Positions 26,610 through 39,731 of a stretch of 64,000 bases of DNA are shown in pieces (position 1 is the first letter of the stretch; each line of letters begins with the position of its first letter). The stretch spans positions 124,001 to 188,000 of the forward strand of contig JBEWZL010000102.1 in the NCBI GenBank assembly GCA_045837725.1, read 5' to 3'. Made by a program: the position numbers and the translations under genes. The DNA is from Vermamoeba vermiformis (Eukaryota). The notes beneath the pieces were generated by a model. That model saw only the letters and a list, made by a program, of their open reading frames with translations, made no database searches and was not told the DNA's origin.

Positions 26610-27184
26610 CTAATAGTCAGCCTTGACCTTAGCAACAAGCTCGAGCAAGAAATCGGAGACCTTATCGACGTTAACTGCGCTAGATTTTTGAATCTTTTCA
26701 ATTGTCTCTTCAGTCTCACGTTGCAAACGCTTTTGGTGCTCATCAGTACCGGCAAGATGCTGTCGAGAAAACCGTCAATAAAATCATCGTCGGATGAATT
26801 ATGCTAGCATAATAGTTCGCGCGTATCGTCATATTAATAATTCTAGCAAAATAGCCGGTTAAATATCGAGTGAAAAATAATAACCGGCAAATATTTCAGA
26901 TCATCTTCAGTAAATGCTTGTATAACCTACCACTTGACGGTATTCCTTGAATTGTTCAGTGCTCAATTTTTTGTAATCTTCAATTTCCTTGGCAGCCTCA
27001 TCCTTGGCCTTCTTCAAGAGATTCAAACGCTCTGGATTAAAAATAATAATCGTTGGTAAGCAATAATTCGCAGTAAAATTGTTATATCGTTGTATGTACT
27101 TTGTCTAGCGTTTTCAATAATTTCTTGAGCTTCAGCTTCGGCTTGGAACAAGCGTTTAATGCCTTCGGGTTGTGAATCAGTCAT
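26610..27184 (-). CDS. ATP6V1G: V-type proton ATPase subunit G (3 coding exons)
   Basis: MTDSQPEGIKRLFQAEAEAQEIIENARQ-KRLNLLKKAKDEAAKEIEDYK...LQRETEETIEKI...KVSDFLLELVAKVK. Not in the ORF track. Confidence 0.92.
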
Positions 27185-27425
27185 GGCTGCAGAAAATAAT
27201 AATTAAAACCAGTCGTTGGTGCAGTATTTATATGTATACGGGAATATATTGAAACTGTATGCGAACCTTCTTGTTGGCTCTTACTTTCGGAAGATAAAAC
27301 AACAGCAACTTTCAAGCGATAATTCAGTCTCACCAAAATTGATTGGCGAGATTCTCACTTTTGAATGGCGAGACTTCGTAAAACGGATTTCTTGATAGTT
27401 GCATAGTCAATACGCAAACACAACA

Positions 27426-28324
27426 ATGGCCAGTGAAATTTTTGCTAAAATCTCTTCTGCTTTGAAGACCGATCCCTCCATTGCTCAAAAGGTTAACGGT
27501 GTATATCAATTTACCGTTGCTGAGAACAACAAGGCTTGGGTTGTCGACTTGAAGGGCAACGGCGGTGTTAAGGAAGGTGCTGGCCAAAACAACTGCAACC
27601 TTACCTTCAAAACCGAGCAAGATCTCGTGGATGTAATGACTGGCAAAGCTAACGCTCAACAAGTACGTGCAAATGATTTTAATTATTTACATTGGAATTA
27701 ATTTGCATTTTTTAAAGGCTTTTGGCAGTGGAAAACTCAAGATCGGTGGTGACATGGTAAGTCTCGCGCCTGTGCTGCTAAATGTGCGCTCATATTAATA
27801 ACTTCAATAGATGCTCGCTATGAAGCTTGAAGCTTTGAAGAAGGCACTCGCTTCTGCTCCCGCTGGTGCTGCTCCTGCTCCTGCAGCGGCCGCCGCTCCC
27901 GCTGGTGGATCTCGTCTTGCTACCGTTTTTGGCGAGGTGCGTCTTTAAATAGGCGAAAATAATTTTGCGTACCTTTGCTGTATTTTCTTACTAACTCACG
28001 ACTTCGTACGATTAGTTGGCCAAGAATGTTCAAGGCAACCCTGGCCTCGTTAAGCAAATCAACGGCATCTACAAGTTCAACATTGACGGCAAGATCTGGA
28101 TTGTCGATTTGAAGAACGCTCCTGGATCCGTCAAGGAAGGTACTGCTGCCGATGCTGCTGACTGCACTATTATGATGAAGGAGAACGACTTTGTTGATAT
28201 GATGAGCGGAACTCTGGACGGACAATCGGCGTTCATGCAAGGAAAGCTTAAGCTGACTGGTAACATGGCTTTGGCTATGAAGCTCTCGCAATTGAGATCT
28301 AATGCTCCCAAGGCCAAGTTGTAA
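27426..28324 (+). CDS. Tandem SCP2 sterol-carrier domain protein, peroxisomal
   Basis: Two SCP2 repeats (WVVDLK / WIVDLK; AFMQGKLKLTGNMALAMKL) joined by an Ala/Pro linker; C-terminal PTS1 AKL. Confidence 0.92.
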
Positions 28325-28824
28325 ATATCAAGAATGTTTCGGACTACGATTTGTTGTTCTGTGTACCGACATATAAAATCTTACGACGGTGTATTAATAA
28401 CGAAGAATCACTCAATCATAGGCATTGCATTTTGTGCGAGTTCTTGCTAGTAATAGAAGAGCTACAATAGGAATCGCAAAGAGTTACTTCTGAGAAACAC
28501 CGTCCAGACATTTCAACCAACAGGACCCGTCAAATTGATGCAGCCAGTATTGTAATTGGAATTCAAATTTGATGACTGGAATTATCAGCTCGTACTAGTC
28601 CTTTGTTTATTGCGCGGCCAAAAGCACGTGGGCACCCATTTTTTTCTGTCATTTCGCTGGTGGAGTATTTCGACGCACGGAACAAAGCGAACACAATCAA
28701 ACAACATATTTTCGAGGATCATTCGTTAGTGGATTATAAAGACTCCTAGGTGTATTTTGGATAAATTTCCTCATCCTCGATCAAGCTTTTCAGGAATTAT
28801 AATCAAATATTGATCATAACTCCA

Positions 28825-31800
28825 ATGGAAATAACGCCTGCCACCATAGAAAAATCAGAAAATCAAAATGAAATACCTTCTACAGAGAAGCAAATCGTTG
28901 AAGCGGATATAACTTCAACTCGAGATGTGGCAGCTGGGGATGCGTCCAATAACAACAAAAATGGCCATTATCAAAAGAAGAGGCCATACAATGCAGCTTA
29001 TAAACGATATGCCATTCCTTGGGTCACTAAATTCCCAATGGCATTACACGAGGAGATTTGGAGTTTTTCTCAATGGCTTACTCCAACGACCGAGGAACAG
29101 ACCATGCGACAAGACGTTGTAAATAGATTAAGAAAAATAGTCGAGAAGCTATGGCCTGCTGCAACGGTAATCGAATATACTGATAAAATATGGAGTTAAT
29201 TTACGCTAAAAATTCTATATTTAATATAGGTCGTTCCATATGGCTCATTTGAGACAAATCTATGTGTCCCTACAAGGTAAAAAATATTTTTAATAGAACA
29301 GATGCATATTTAAATTTTATGGTTCCTATTTTCTTGATTATTAACAGTTTTTTCCGGATTCAGTGATATAGACGTTGTTATATTCGGTGCACAGCCGATT
29401 GATGACAAAAGTCCCTTAACAATCCTCGCTGAGGCATTAGAACAAGAGGAATTGCCGTCTAAACCGCCAAAAGTGATTGCATCTGCCAAGGTAATTCAAC
29501 CTTAATTTTATGTTAAATGTCCCGCAAGAGATTATTATATTTGCGAAGAGTATATGCAGGATTATTCCATTTAAATGACATTAGACCTGATCTGCGGCTT
29601 ATCACGGCTTATTTTCGCGTGATTTTCGTTCGCCTCTTCATCGAAATCTTTTATATAATTTGCTTACGGGACATAATAGCGTATAATATGATTATACTAC
29701 GATAATGATATTAATTCATGGCTATTCTAATTTATTAGGTCCCTATTGTCAAGTTCCATGATCGGAAATCTGGTTGTCTGGTTGATATCTCCTTCGATAT
29801 TACTACGGGCATTGCAAATACGAAGATCATAAAGGTAAATATCGATAACTAATAGTATAAAATATGATTAGATATGATTACCAATGAATTTCGATTCGCG
29901 CGAAAGTGTCAAGTTGGATGTACTAACAAACTCTTCATTCATAAAGGAATTCCTTAATCAATATCCATTGCTACGACCACTGGCACTTGTTATCAAATTT
30001 TATCTGAAACAGCGATATTTGAATGACACATGGAGCGGTGGGATTGGATCTTACACGCTGATCATGATGATCATCAGTTACTTGCAGGTACGCACATAAT
30101 TCCAAAACAATATTATAACTGCAAATTTAATACTAATTAACATCGTTGAATACCATTTATCTATTTTTATGTTTGTAATTATCGGTTGCAATGTTGATTA
30201 TTTGTGTCTAATATTTTCACTGCAGTTACACACAAAATCAAAGGGTCAATTCCCACAATCAGCTGCTGCACCAAATAGTGGCGAAGTAGAGAATAACAAC
30301 AATAATAACAATAACAATAATGACGTGCCTGTCCCACATGATGAGACGAAAGAAGATCTAGCGAGCATGCTGACTGGTTTCTTCGAACTGTACGGCTCAA
30401 AATTCGATTATTTGACGAATGTTATTTCAATACTGGATGGCGGCAAATATCTGTCGAAAGAAGAGAAGAAATGGGTGCACGCTGATGCTTTGGATGCACT
30501 CGCTGTTGAAGGTAAATATCATTCCCTTAGCATAACATAATATCATTTGCAAATTATTTAGGTGTCAGTGTTATTATTTTTGCAAATATTCTATGCTCTA
30601 ACGAGTTTTTTTTTAGATCCACAAAACCCTGACAATGACGTTGGTCTCGCGTGCTTCAAAATCAAAGAGGCCAAGAAAGCTTTTGCCGATGCCTTCACGA
30701 TGCTGACGGGACCGAAGAAGTACCTTTCTGAAAGTCTGTTGGGCAAGCTGGTGCGCGTGCCATTGAGTCTAGTGCAACAACGCCAACGCATCAAATCGAG
30801 TGGTGGCCGTGAACTGACTGACGAGAGCTCATCCGAGGCAGGCATTGAGACGCAAGGTGACTTAGACACTGAAGAGAAGAGGCTGACCTACAATTATCAA
30901 AATCGTTACAAGAGTTATTCGCGTAACAATGATGGCTGGTACCACAACAAGCCTCCAACGACCTCGAACAACACCAATCAGCAGTCAAACACCAATCATC
31001 GTGCTGAGGCCGGGGCTGACTCGTCAACAACAGCACAGCGAGCACCGTCAAATAACAACAATAATAGCAATGCCAGCACGACGTACTTGCCCCCGCACCG
31101 TCGGCAACAACAAGCACGTGCTCCAGCCCCTGCGAACACGAATAGCGGGACATCGAGCACAGTGTCGAGTGCCAGCACCTCACCGACCAATTCAACGTTG
31201 TTGGCTGAGATCTCAGTGCCACTTGTCGTGCCTGCTTTGAGCGACAAAACAGCGACACCGAGCAGTCATAACAATAATAACAGCAGGAACAATGTGCAAC
31301 AGCAGCGCAAAGGGTCTCATCAAAACAACAGCAACAATGCCACGCACCACGCTCCTCGCAACAACAACACCTCGCATCATTTGAACACGCACAAGACGAG
31401 CACCAACAACACGCAGAACAACAGTTCACACTCACCTGCGAGCACGTCACCGCGCGTCACATCGTCAAATAATCCGTCAAATACGCCTGTGCACAGTGGG
31501 CATAATAATAGTAACAGTAATAATAGTCGGCAGAACAATTCGGGTCAAAACAGATCTAGTTCGAACAACAACAATCGTTCGAATAATAATAGGAACAATA
31601 ACAACAATAATAGAGGACGGGCTAATCATAACAATCACCATAACACTGCGAATATGCACGATGATGATGAGATTAAGAATGATGAATTCAACTTCCCGAC
31701 GCTGTCAAAAGATCCAACCGTTCATGAAAACAAAATTGCGCAGAAGGCCAGCGACGCGTCAAATCGGTCCCAACAACATGTAAATAACAATACCATAAAT

Positions 31801-31902
31801 GGAAATACTGGCGCGGGACAGCAACAGCAGAACGGCAATAACAAAACCGATGGCAAGAAAGGTGGCAAACGGCGGCAGAACACGGTGCTGATCTCGGCTT
31901 AG
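28825..31902 (+). CDS. TRF4: Non-canonical poly(A) polymerase TRF4/TENT4 family with a long Asn-rich tail
   Basis: LHEEI; PYGSFETNLCVPT-SDIDVV nucleotidyltransferase motif; AKVPIVKF; LRPLALVIKFYLKQRYLNDTWSGGIGSY; GFFELYG; LAVEDPQNPDNDVG. Confidence 0.93.
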
Positions 31903-32350
31903 AACGATCACGTGACTGACGAGGAGATGTATTTCCTAATATGGTATAACGATGTTAATTAATAGACGATATTCTATAACGAAAATAGATCGCATCTAGA
32001 TGTCGTGCTCTTAGTCGAGAGCGATATTTGGGTGTAATCAAGCCTAGTATATAATGTTAATAATGAAAACGAAACAAAAATTTGTAAAAATCTGTAATCA
32101 ATTCGCTAAGGAAGGAACTACCTTCAAATAAACATTTGGATTGGATCCTACGATAGTTTCAGCGTGTCCTGTTAGAATACAAAACAACCTCTATATCGGT
32201 ACCTATAAATGTGATATAAAATTGAAACTACAAAGGTTCTAGAAGCAAGTGAATTGTTTCTGGGTGTTCGATCCAAAAAATCTTGCCAGCCAATTTCATT
32301 GTTTGTTTATCTAACAGTTACTGTGAGCCACAGCTGCATAAATTAGCATT

Positions 32351-34646
32351 ATGCAACATCGTATCGCAGTCTTCGTTGCAGTGGCTATGATAGTCAGGTA
32401 AATCCGGGATTGAATCTGGCGAACATTTCAAAAGTATTTATTGAAGCGGCACTATACTAATTTTAATTATGATAGTGTTGCCACTGCATTCAGCCCTATT
32501 ACCGTCGTACAAACAGCGAAGGATAACGGCGATCGCTTGACTGCTAAGCCATCTGTCAACTTTTCACCTGCTCCTGTCGCTGCCTCTATTAATATTACTG
32601 TTGACGTCTCCAAAAAATACCAAGAAATTATTGGTAAGGATATTTTAATAACTTAAAGCACCCGATCCCCAGATCAAAAAAATGATATTTTGACAGTTTA
32701 CTCTTCTTAGTTAAAACATAATATACCCTAATAATATTCTCGTATTAATAGGCTTCGGCGGTGCTTTGACCGAGTCCTCTGCCTATGTTTATTCTCAATT
32801 GAGCTCTGACTTGCAACAAGAGATTATCAACGCCTATTTTGGCCCTAGTACGTACCTAGAGACATCTATATGATATCCTTATATTTAGATGTAAAATCGC
32901 TGTTCACTTCGAAGTTACTTGTGCTCCATCTGGTTACAAGTCTGTTTCTAATGATTGCATTTAAATAGACGGCAATCAATACACTGTCTGCCGCACTCAC
33001 ATCAACAGCTGCGACTTCTCATTGAACAGCTGGTCGTTTGATGACTCGCCTAATGACATGAGCTTGGTCAACTTCACTATCGATCACCAAAAGAAGTGGA
33101 TGTTCCCGCTCATCAATGCTGCTCTTCAAGCCACGTAAGGATCTCAAATGTGGCATTAATATTAAATTATGGAAATTGCAGCCATTAATCATTTCAAACG
33201 ACAGTTCTGGTCGCTTAAAGATCTTCGCTACTCCTTGGTCTCCTCCAGCTTGGATGAAGACGTAAGCAACTCATCATATTATTCTTTCTATCTACACGTA
33301 AATCTAATCATTGACTACCATACAGTAACAATCAAATGGACGGTAGTGGCTCGCCTTGCCTTAAGAAGGGCATGGAACCAGTCTGGGCTCAGTTCATTTC
33401 TGACTCGATCACTGCTTATCACAACAACGGTATCCCGATGTGGGGCTTGACTATTCAAAACGAGCCTGAATTCGCTGCTCCTTGGGGTAAGCAGATCCGT
33501 ATTCTATAGCCCGAGTCCAGGACTACTTTACGAACTCATTTTCTTCATATGGTAACGTTAGATATGGTTCTAATTATGCGAATTTATAGAGGCCTGCACC
33601 TTCACTCCCGCTGAAGAAAAAGTATTCTTGCGCGATCACTTGGGTCCTATTTTGGCTCGCGACCATCCTGGTCTTCAAGTGATGATTTACGACCACAACA
33701 AAGATCACGTGGTTGATTGGGTCAAAGAGATCTTCTCCGATCCTGTTGCTGCCAAGTACGCTCAAGGTGTTGCCTTCCATTGGGTAAGTTAATCATCTAG
33801 CTTTATTTTACACGTGCTTATGGTCCTCTTTAGTACTCCGGCAATCAGTTTGAAAACTTGGCTCAAGCTCACGCTATTGCCCCGAACAAGTTCTTCTTGG
33901 CCACTGAAGCTACTGAAGGTTAGTGTCCTCACAGAGGTTACTTTTGAGTCGGGTTCTAAGTCATCAATTTTAGGTCCCGGCGTTGTTATTGGTGACTGGG
34001 GCCGTGGTGAGCACTACGGTGAAGATATGATTGGTGACTTGCAGAACTGGGCTGCTGGTTGGGTCGACGTAAGATTTGCACGATACCTTATGTATGACCT
34101 GTGTACTTGATGATCTTTTAGTGGAACATCGTTCTTGACATGCAAGGTGGTCCCAATCACTTGAACAACTGGTGCGATGCTCCCATCATTGCTGGTAAGT
34201 AGTCACGTGATTAGTGAGAAATGGATTCTGTGTTAATAACGTTGCAATAGATGCCAAGGCTGGCAAGCTCTACTATCAGATCCCTTACTATTACATGGGT
34301 CAAATCACTCGCTTTGTGCTGCCTGACTCGTATCACATTGACACTAAGGTACGTCCCTTCATTGCTATTGTAATGCCATATCTAACATGTTCATCTAAGG
34401 TTGATGGCAACGTTGACACTAATGACTTTATGGTTGTTGGTAAGTGTCATTCGAAGTCAATAGTACTTGACACGTGTCACTAACTGTCACTCTTAATCTG
34501 CAGGCTTCTACACTCCGCTCAACCAACGTGTGCTCGTTGTGTTGAACAAGAGCAATAACAGCTACAAATTCCAGGTCGCAGACAACGGTCAATACGCCCT
34601 CTTGGACAGCCCCGCTCACTCCATCAAGACCCTCATCTATCAATAA
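32351..34646 (+). CDS. GBA: Lysosomal glucosylceramidase (GH30)
   Basis: Signal peptide; YQEIIGFGGALTES; HINSCDFS; FATPWSPPAWMK; WGLTIQNEP (acid/base); GVAFHWY; LATEA (nucleophile); GWVDWNIVLD..GGPNH. Confidence 0.95.
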
Positions 34647-34751
34647 ATCAGTCGCTGGTTGAAGCTACATTAGTTAATTAAACGCGATTAATTTAATTAG
34701 ACCTCGAATATTGTCTTAGATGTACATTATTTGAATCAAAATTGAAGGATT

Positions 34752-36542
34752 TTAAGCCCAGTGGTGAGTCGTTGTCAATCTGCCGCCAAACACGTTGAAG
34801 ACGGGCATGAAGAATGGTGCTGCAGTCCACAACAGTTTGAACAGTCTGCCGCGGTAGAGACCCGACAGTCCTTCGCGTCTGTATGTCGATTCGAACATGG
34901 CAAGTGTGGTCTCGGGGTACGGCGAGAAATATTGTTCTTGGATAACACCAGATCCTGTTCCAAATTTTTAGAGCCCAGCTTAGTGCGTATATAATGTGAT
35001 ACGTACCTTGTAATCTTCGACGAGCGCTGAGAACAGTGAAAGGATAAGCAAGTTCAGATCCCAACAACATGGCTACAGCGCCAAGAGAAATATTGACGAT
35101 AGTTCTGCGCCATGAAATTCTAGTAAATAATGAATTAATTAATGCTACTCCTAATTTGGTAATATCACGTGACTCGAGCTCGTACCTTCGTAACATCATA
35201 TTCATAGCTTGCGTGAATGGAATGTTAGGTTCGCGTACTGGTTCATCGGGACCGCGATGGCTCTCAGCAATGTCGCTGAACTCTTCGACCTTCGACTTGA
35301 AGTAGTTCCAAGCCTTGCGCAGTTCAATGGAAAGTGGTGCGATGAACAAGCCGAAGGCAGCGGCGGAGAATCCGGCTTGGATCAGCACTGACAAGGCACG
35401 AGGTTCAAAGCCACGATAAAGTCCTTGAACACCCTCGTTGTTCCAAATCAATTTCAGACCTTGAATGGGACCTATTGTGCAGCGCATGAGAACATGTTTT
35501 GAAATTCTTCGTACAAAAAAGGAAATTAAAGGTTAACCCGAAGTTTTTCAAGCCCAAAAAAGGAGATGACGTACCAGTGTAAGTCTTATCATTGCCGAAT
35601 GCATTTTGAGCGACCATGCGAGTAGATACGACGAGCAGAGGATAAGTTAGCGCATCCGCTGCCAATCGGATCAATTGGTGGCCGACTAAAGGAACGACCA
35701 AACTGTTCTATAGACTTAAATATGAATAACGCACTTATAGTAACATTACGATATATATTATGATGTACCTTAATATCGTCAATGAGATTGTCTACGAGTG
35801 TGTACAAGGTGTTTCGGCCTCCAGGAATAGCTTCGACTAGCTCGGGGAAGTTGGTGATCTGTTTGTTTCGAAGGTGGTTGAGAGTGTCCCTATGTTAATA
35901 TCGTAGCATTAGTAAACGGTCGTGTTCATGAGCAGTCGCGATCTGCCGCGATCGAGGATGCGATCTACTTACAAGTAATTATCGTTGCGCCTCTTATTCT
36001 TCAAAACCATGACCTTGCCCAACAAGGCAGCCAATCCGTCATTAATGACCTTGAAAGCTGACAACCAAAGCAAGCCACTGCCGTATTTCTGATCGGATCG
36101 GAATGAATTCATTAGCTTCATCGGTGGATAGTATTATATGGAGCATAAAATATACCTGTACAGTGAGTGCTGGCAAAGCCATCTTATGCCAAAAGTCCGT
36201 CCACGTCATTCTGGTCGGGGTCAGCTGAATAAAAAATTAATTATTAATTTCATCGACTGCTTATTCCATATTTACAATAGGTGCTAATATAAAATTTATT
36301 GTTATAACAAAATAATAAAATTGTAGGTGATTTTATTTCGATTGGGTAGATCGTTTACCTTCATCCCGATATTAATAATGTGCAAAGGCCAGTCAATCAA
36401 AAATGACACTACAAGCATACTATTAATATTCACTACTATAATATTAAATATTCGTACAATATTCGAACAGCTTGGCCTTGGTTTTCTGAGACAGCGTCTC
36501 GTGACGCACTTGGATTTGATTAGCAGCCCGTTGATCAGCCAT
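34752..36542 (-). CDS. Divergent mitochondrial carrier (SLC25) family protein
   Basis: Degenerate signature repeats WPLHIINIGM, YPLLVVSTRMVAQ, YPFTVLSARRRLQG; IWNNEGVQGLYRGF; YRREGLSGLYRG. Confidence 0.8.
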
Positions 36543-36771
36543 GATATGCTCAAATATGTACTATAGATACTTCGAACAAAACATTGGATATTGACAGATT
36601 TGCTTGTCTCAAACAGGAGGCACGTGATCCCAAAAATATTTTTGATAAATTGGTTGAACCGCAGAAATTCAAAAAAGAGTTAGTTTTTAAACCATATTTA
36701 ATTGTATATATATCCTCATATTCCTTCGTAGCATTGTATATTCGTCAAACACATATTAATATTGAGCGGGA

Positions 36772-39581
36772 ATGGCAGAAGGAAGATCTAAAAGCGACTC
36801 AGTTGGTAATTACGTTTATTTATTGATTATTATAGATGCGCTAAATATACTATCAGATTAATATTGAATTGAATTAATCCTTTAACTTTGGTTTAAATAA
36901 AACATAATTACTGGTCAAGAATAACGGATGTCATAAAAATCTTTATTTTTTTCTTAGACAAAAATTTCAATAGACTTCTCTAACGTAAATTTAATATGCT
37001 GATTGCTATTCGATGCATATTACAGCAATTTAATTTAATTCAATCGAAATTGAAACGAATAAAATTCGCATTGAATTGAATTTCAATCGGCAGTTAAATC
37101 TTACTATTAATTATAATCAAAGATTGTATATATTTCTTCAGTTATGCTGTTTTAATGGTGGATTATAAAATATTTCCTTGCATCATAATTAAATTTTAAA
37201 TCCGTGCAGAAAATCTTAACTGACAGCGAATTAAATTTCTTAAATTACGACATCATCCTTATTAATCTTATTTAATATAGCTGATATGAAGAAATATTGC
37301 AAATTTATGTACGATCCAGCGTGCAAAGAGCCCATCCCAGATTTGAAAGTTTCAACGACCACAAATACCAAAGCAGTTGCTTTTCAACAGTACTTGAAGC
37401 AATATTATATGGAATTATTCAACTATAGACGCGCTAGAACCGTCAGGTACTAAAATGACTTCGATCTGCCAAATTCCAATTCAAATTAATCGCCAAATTA
37501 ATTGATTTTATTAATAAATAGCCTTATTAATACTATTATATTACTAGACAAGACAGAATCGAGCGAGAGTCAGCGAAAATGAGCGGTGATGACAAACAAA
37601 AATTCTTGCGCGAAAATGCGTTGAAAGAGACGCAATATTTGAGACTACGCAGAACTCGCACTTCGATCGATGACTTCACTCTACTTGCCTTATTAGGCAA
37701 AGGAGGATACGGTGAAGTGTATTTGAGTCGCATGAATGACACTGGCGAAATTGTGGCCTTGAAACGAATGAAAAAATCAAGATTTACCAACTTCAATCAG
37801 GTACGCGCTATTTTTAGCTTCACTGAACCACACGGTTCTCATAACAATTCGTTCATGAAAATTTAATCTAACGAATCAGTATGGGACTTAACATCTAATC
37901 TTTGCAATAATTTATTTCGTGTGGCTGCGATTCCAGCCGTTCATGAACCAAGCTTTGCATTCATTTATTGACACTTCTATTTGACAGGTGTCACGTATTC
38001 GCAATGAACGCGATGTCATGTCCAAACACAACAGTGAATGGCTCGCACAGCTCAAATATTCATTCACGACACCAAAATACATTTATTTAGCTATGGTACG
38101 TGCAAATACAACACTTTTAATATCATAGGCCATGTTTTATTATCAATTGAAATCACAATTGGATTGCACTTGTAATTTAGTTTTCAATCTTAGCTGAAAT
38201 TTCCTATTTAGGAATACATCCCAGGCGGTGACATGAAGGCGCTGCTCGATCAAGTCGGTTGCTTTGCAGAAGAGTACGCCAAATTCTTCTTTGCAGAAAT
38301 GTTGCTGGCCGTGGACACGCTGCACAAAATGGGTTATGTCCATCGCGACCTCAAACCAGACAATTTTCTGATCGATCGATCGGGACACATGAAACTGATC
38401 GATTTTGGTCTCTCCAAAGACGGTCTCAATCAAAAATACAGCTCGACGTTCAATTTGAAGGTAAAAAAATCAAATTTTTCACGGTGTCATTTTTGTTTGA
38501 CACGTGTCACTTTGATTGACATTTGTGACTAATGCACGCACTATATAGAGAGCTAGTATCCACTCAGGCTCGAGCATTGATACCTCGCACAGCGGCAACA
38601 GCATGAAAGTGACACGTGCCTCGCGCATGCGCAGTCGTCGCATGGCCTATTCAGTGGTCGGCAGTCCCGAGTACATGGCCGTGGAAGTGCTCGACGAGAA
38701 GGGTTACACGCACTTGTGTGACTACTGGAGCTTGGGCATCATCTTCTACGAGCTCTTGTACGGTACGTCCTCACAGTCCATTCACGGAAACAATTGCAGT
38801 GACTCATTTCCTTATTTAGGCATCACACCTTTCTGGTCCGAATCCATCATCGAAGTGTTCGGCAACATTATGTAAGATCGAATATCTGGCATTAATAGAA
38901 GCAAGACTAATATCAATCTGTGACTAGGAACTGGCAGAAGTTGTTAGGCCCGCCAGAGCTCGATGAAGGCGAAGAGATTGAAGTGTCTGCCGACGCATGG
39001 GACCTCATCAGAAAGTACGTGTTACTTGCTCTTTATATTCCGCTGTTCACATCTAACCATTCCCGTTCAGATTGTTGTGCGCTCCTGAAGATCGTCTCGG
39101 CAGGAACGGAGTTGAAGAGATCAAAGAACACAAATTCTTCAAGTAGGCATTCGTATTAAACATCATGAACAAGTTTCTAATATCTACCTCTAGGGGCTTC
39201 AATTGGAACAACATTCGCACGATGGAGCCACCATTCATCCCCGAGCTTGAAGGTGACTTGGACACGTCGTACTTCTCGTCGCAAGAACTGCCCGAAGAGA
39301 ACATTCAAGAGATTCTCAACGAAGAGCTCGAGAAGGGTGAAGCAGCCTCGCACTTGCACATGGCACGCAAGTCATTCGCGAAGGACCAAGAGACGCCCAA
39401 CAACGAGCAGCGCGTGTTCCATCAACTGGCCTTCAAGGGCTTCACGTGGAAGCATTATGACCCGAAGAACTTCAGCGTGGACGGACTCGAGGAGAGCGAT
39501 GACAAGAAAGACAAGAAGAAGAGTGACAAGGACAAGGTCAAGAAGAAAGATGACGGCAAGAAGCAAGACAAGAAGAAATAA
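36772..39581 (+). CDS. NDR/LATS-family AGC kinase (Dbf2/Sid2-like)
   Basis: KETQYLRLRR MOB-binding region; LGKGGYGEV; VALKRM; HRDLKPDN; DFG; SVVGSPEYMAVE; hydrophobic motif FKGFTW; exon 1 MAEGRSKSDSV joined in frame across a 475-nt intron. Confidence 0.95.
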
Positions 39582-39731
39582 TAGGGACCCTTTTGTAATG
39601 TCACACGTGTTCTATTTTAATTAATTTGAAATACAAATAAAAACAAAGCAAAAAAAAATCTGACGGATCTATCTACAATTTATTAACACTTTCAATGACA
39701 CTTAAGTCATTCATAAGATATGACCTTATGA

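Noticed and set aside
30292-30321. AAT/AAC arrays here and at ~47404-47424
   Set aside because: Simple microsatellite or poly-Asn; no repeat-spacer structure, so not CRISPR-like
32874-32881. ATATCCTT resembling an AT-AC U12 donor
   Set aside because: Lies inside an ordinary GT-AG intron of GBA that already restores the frame
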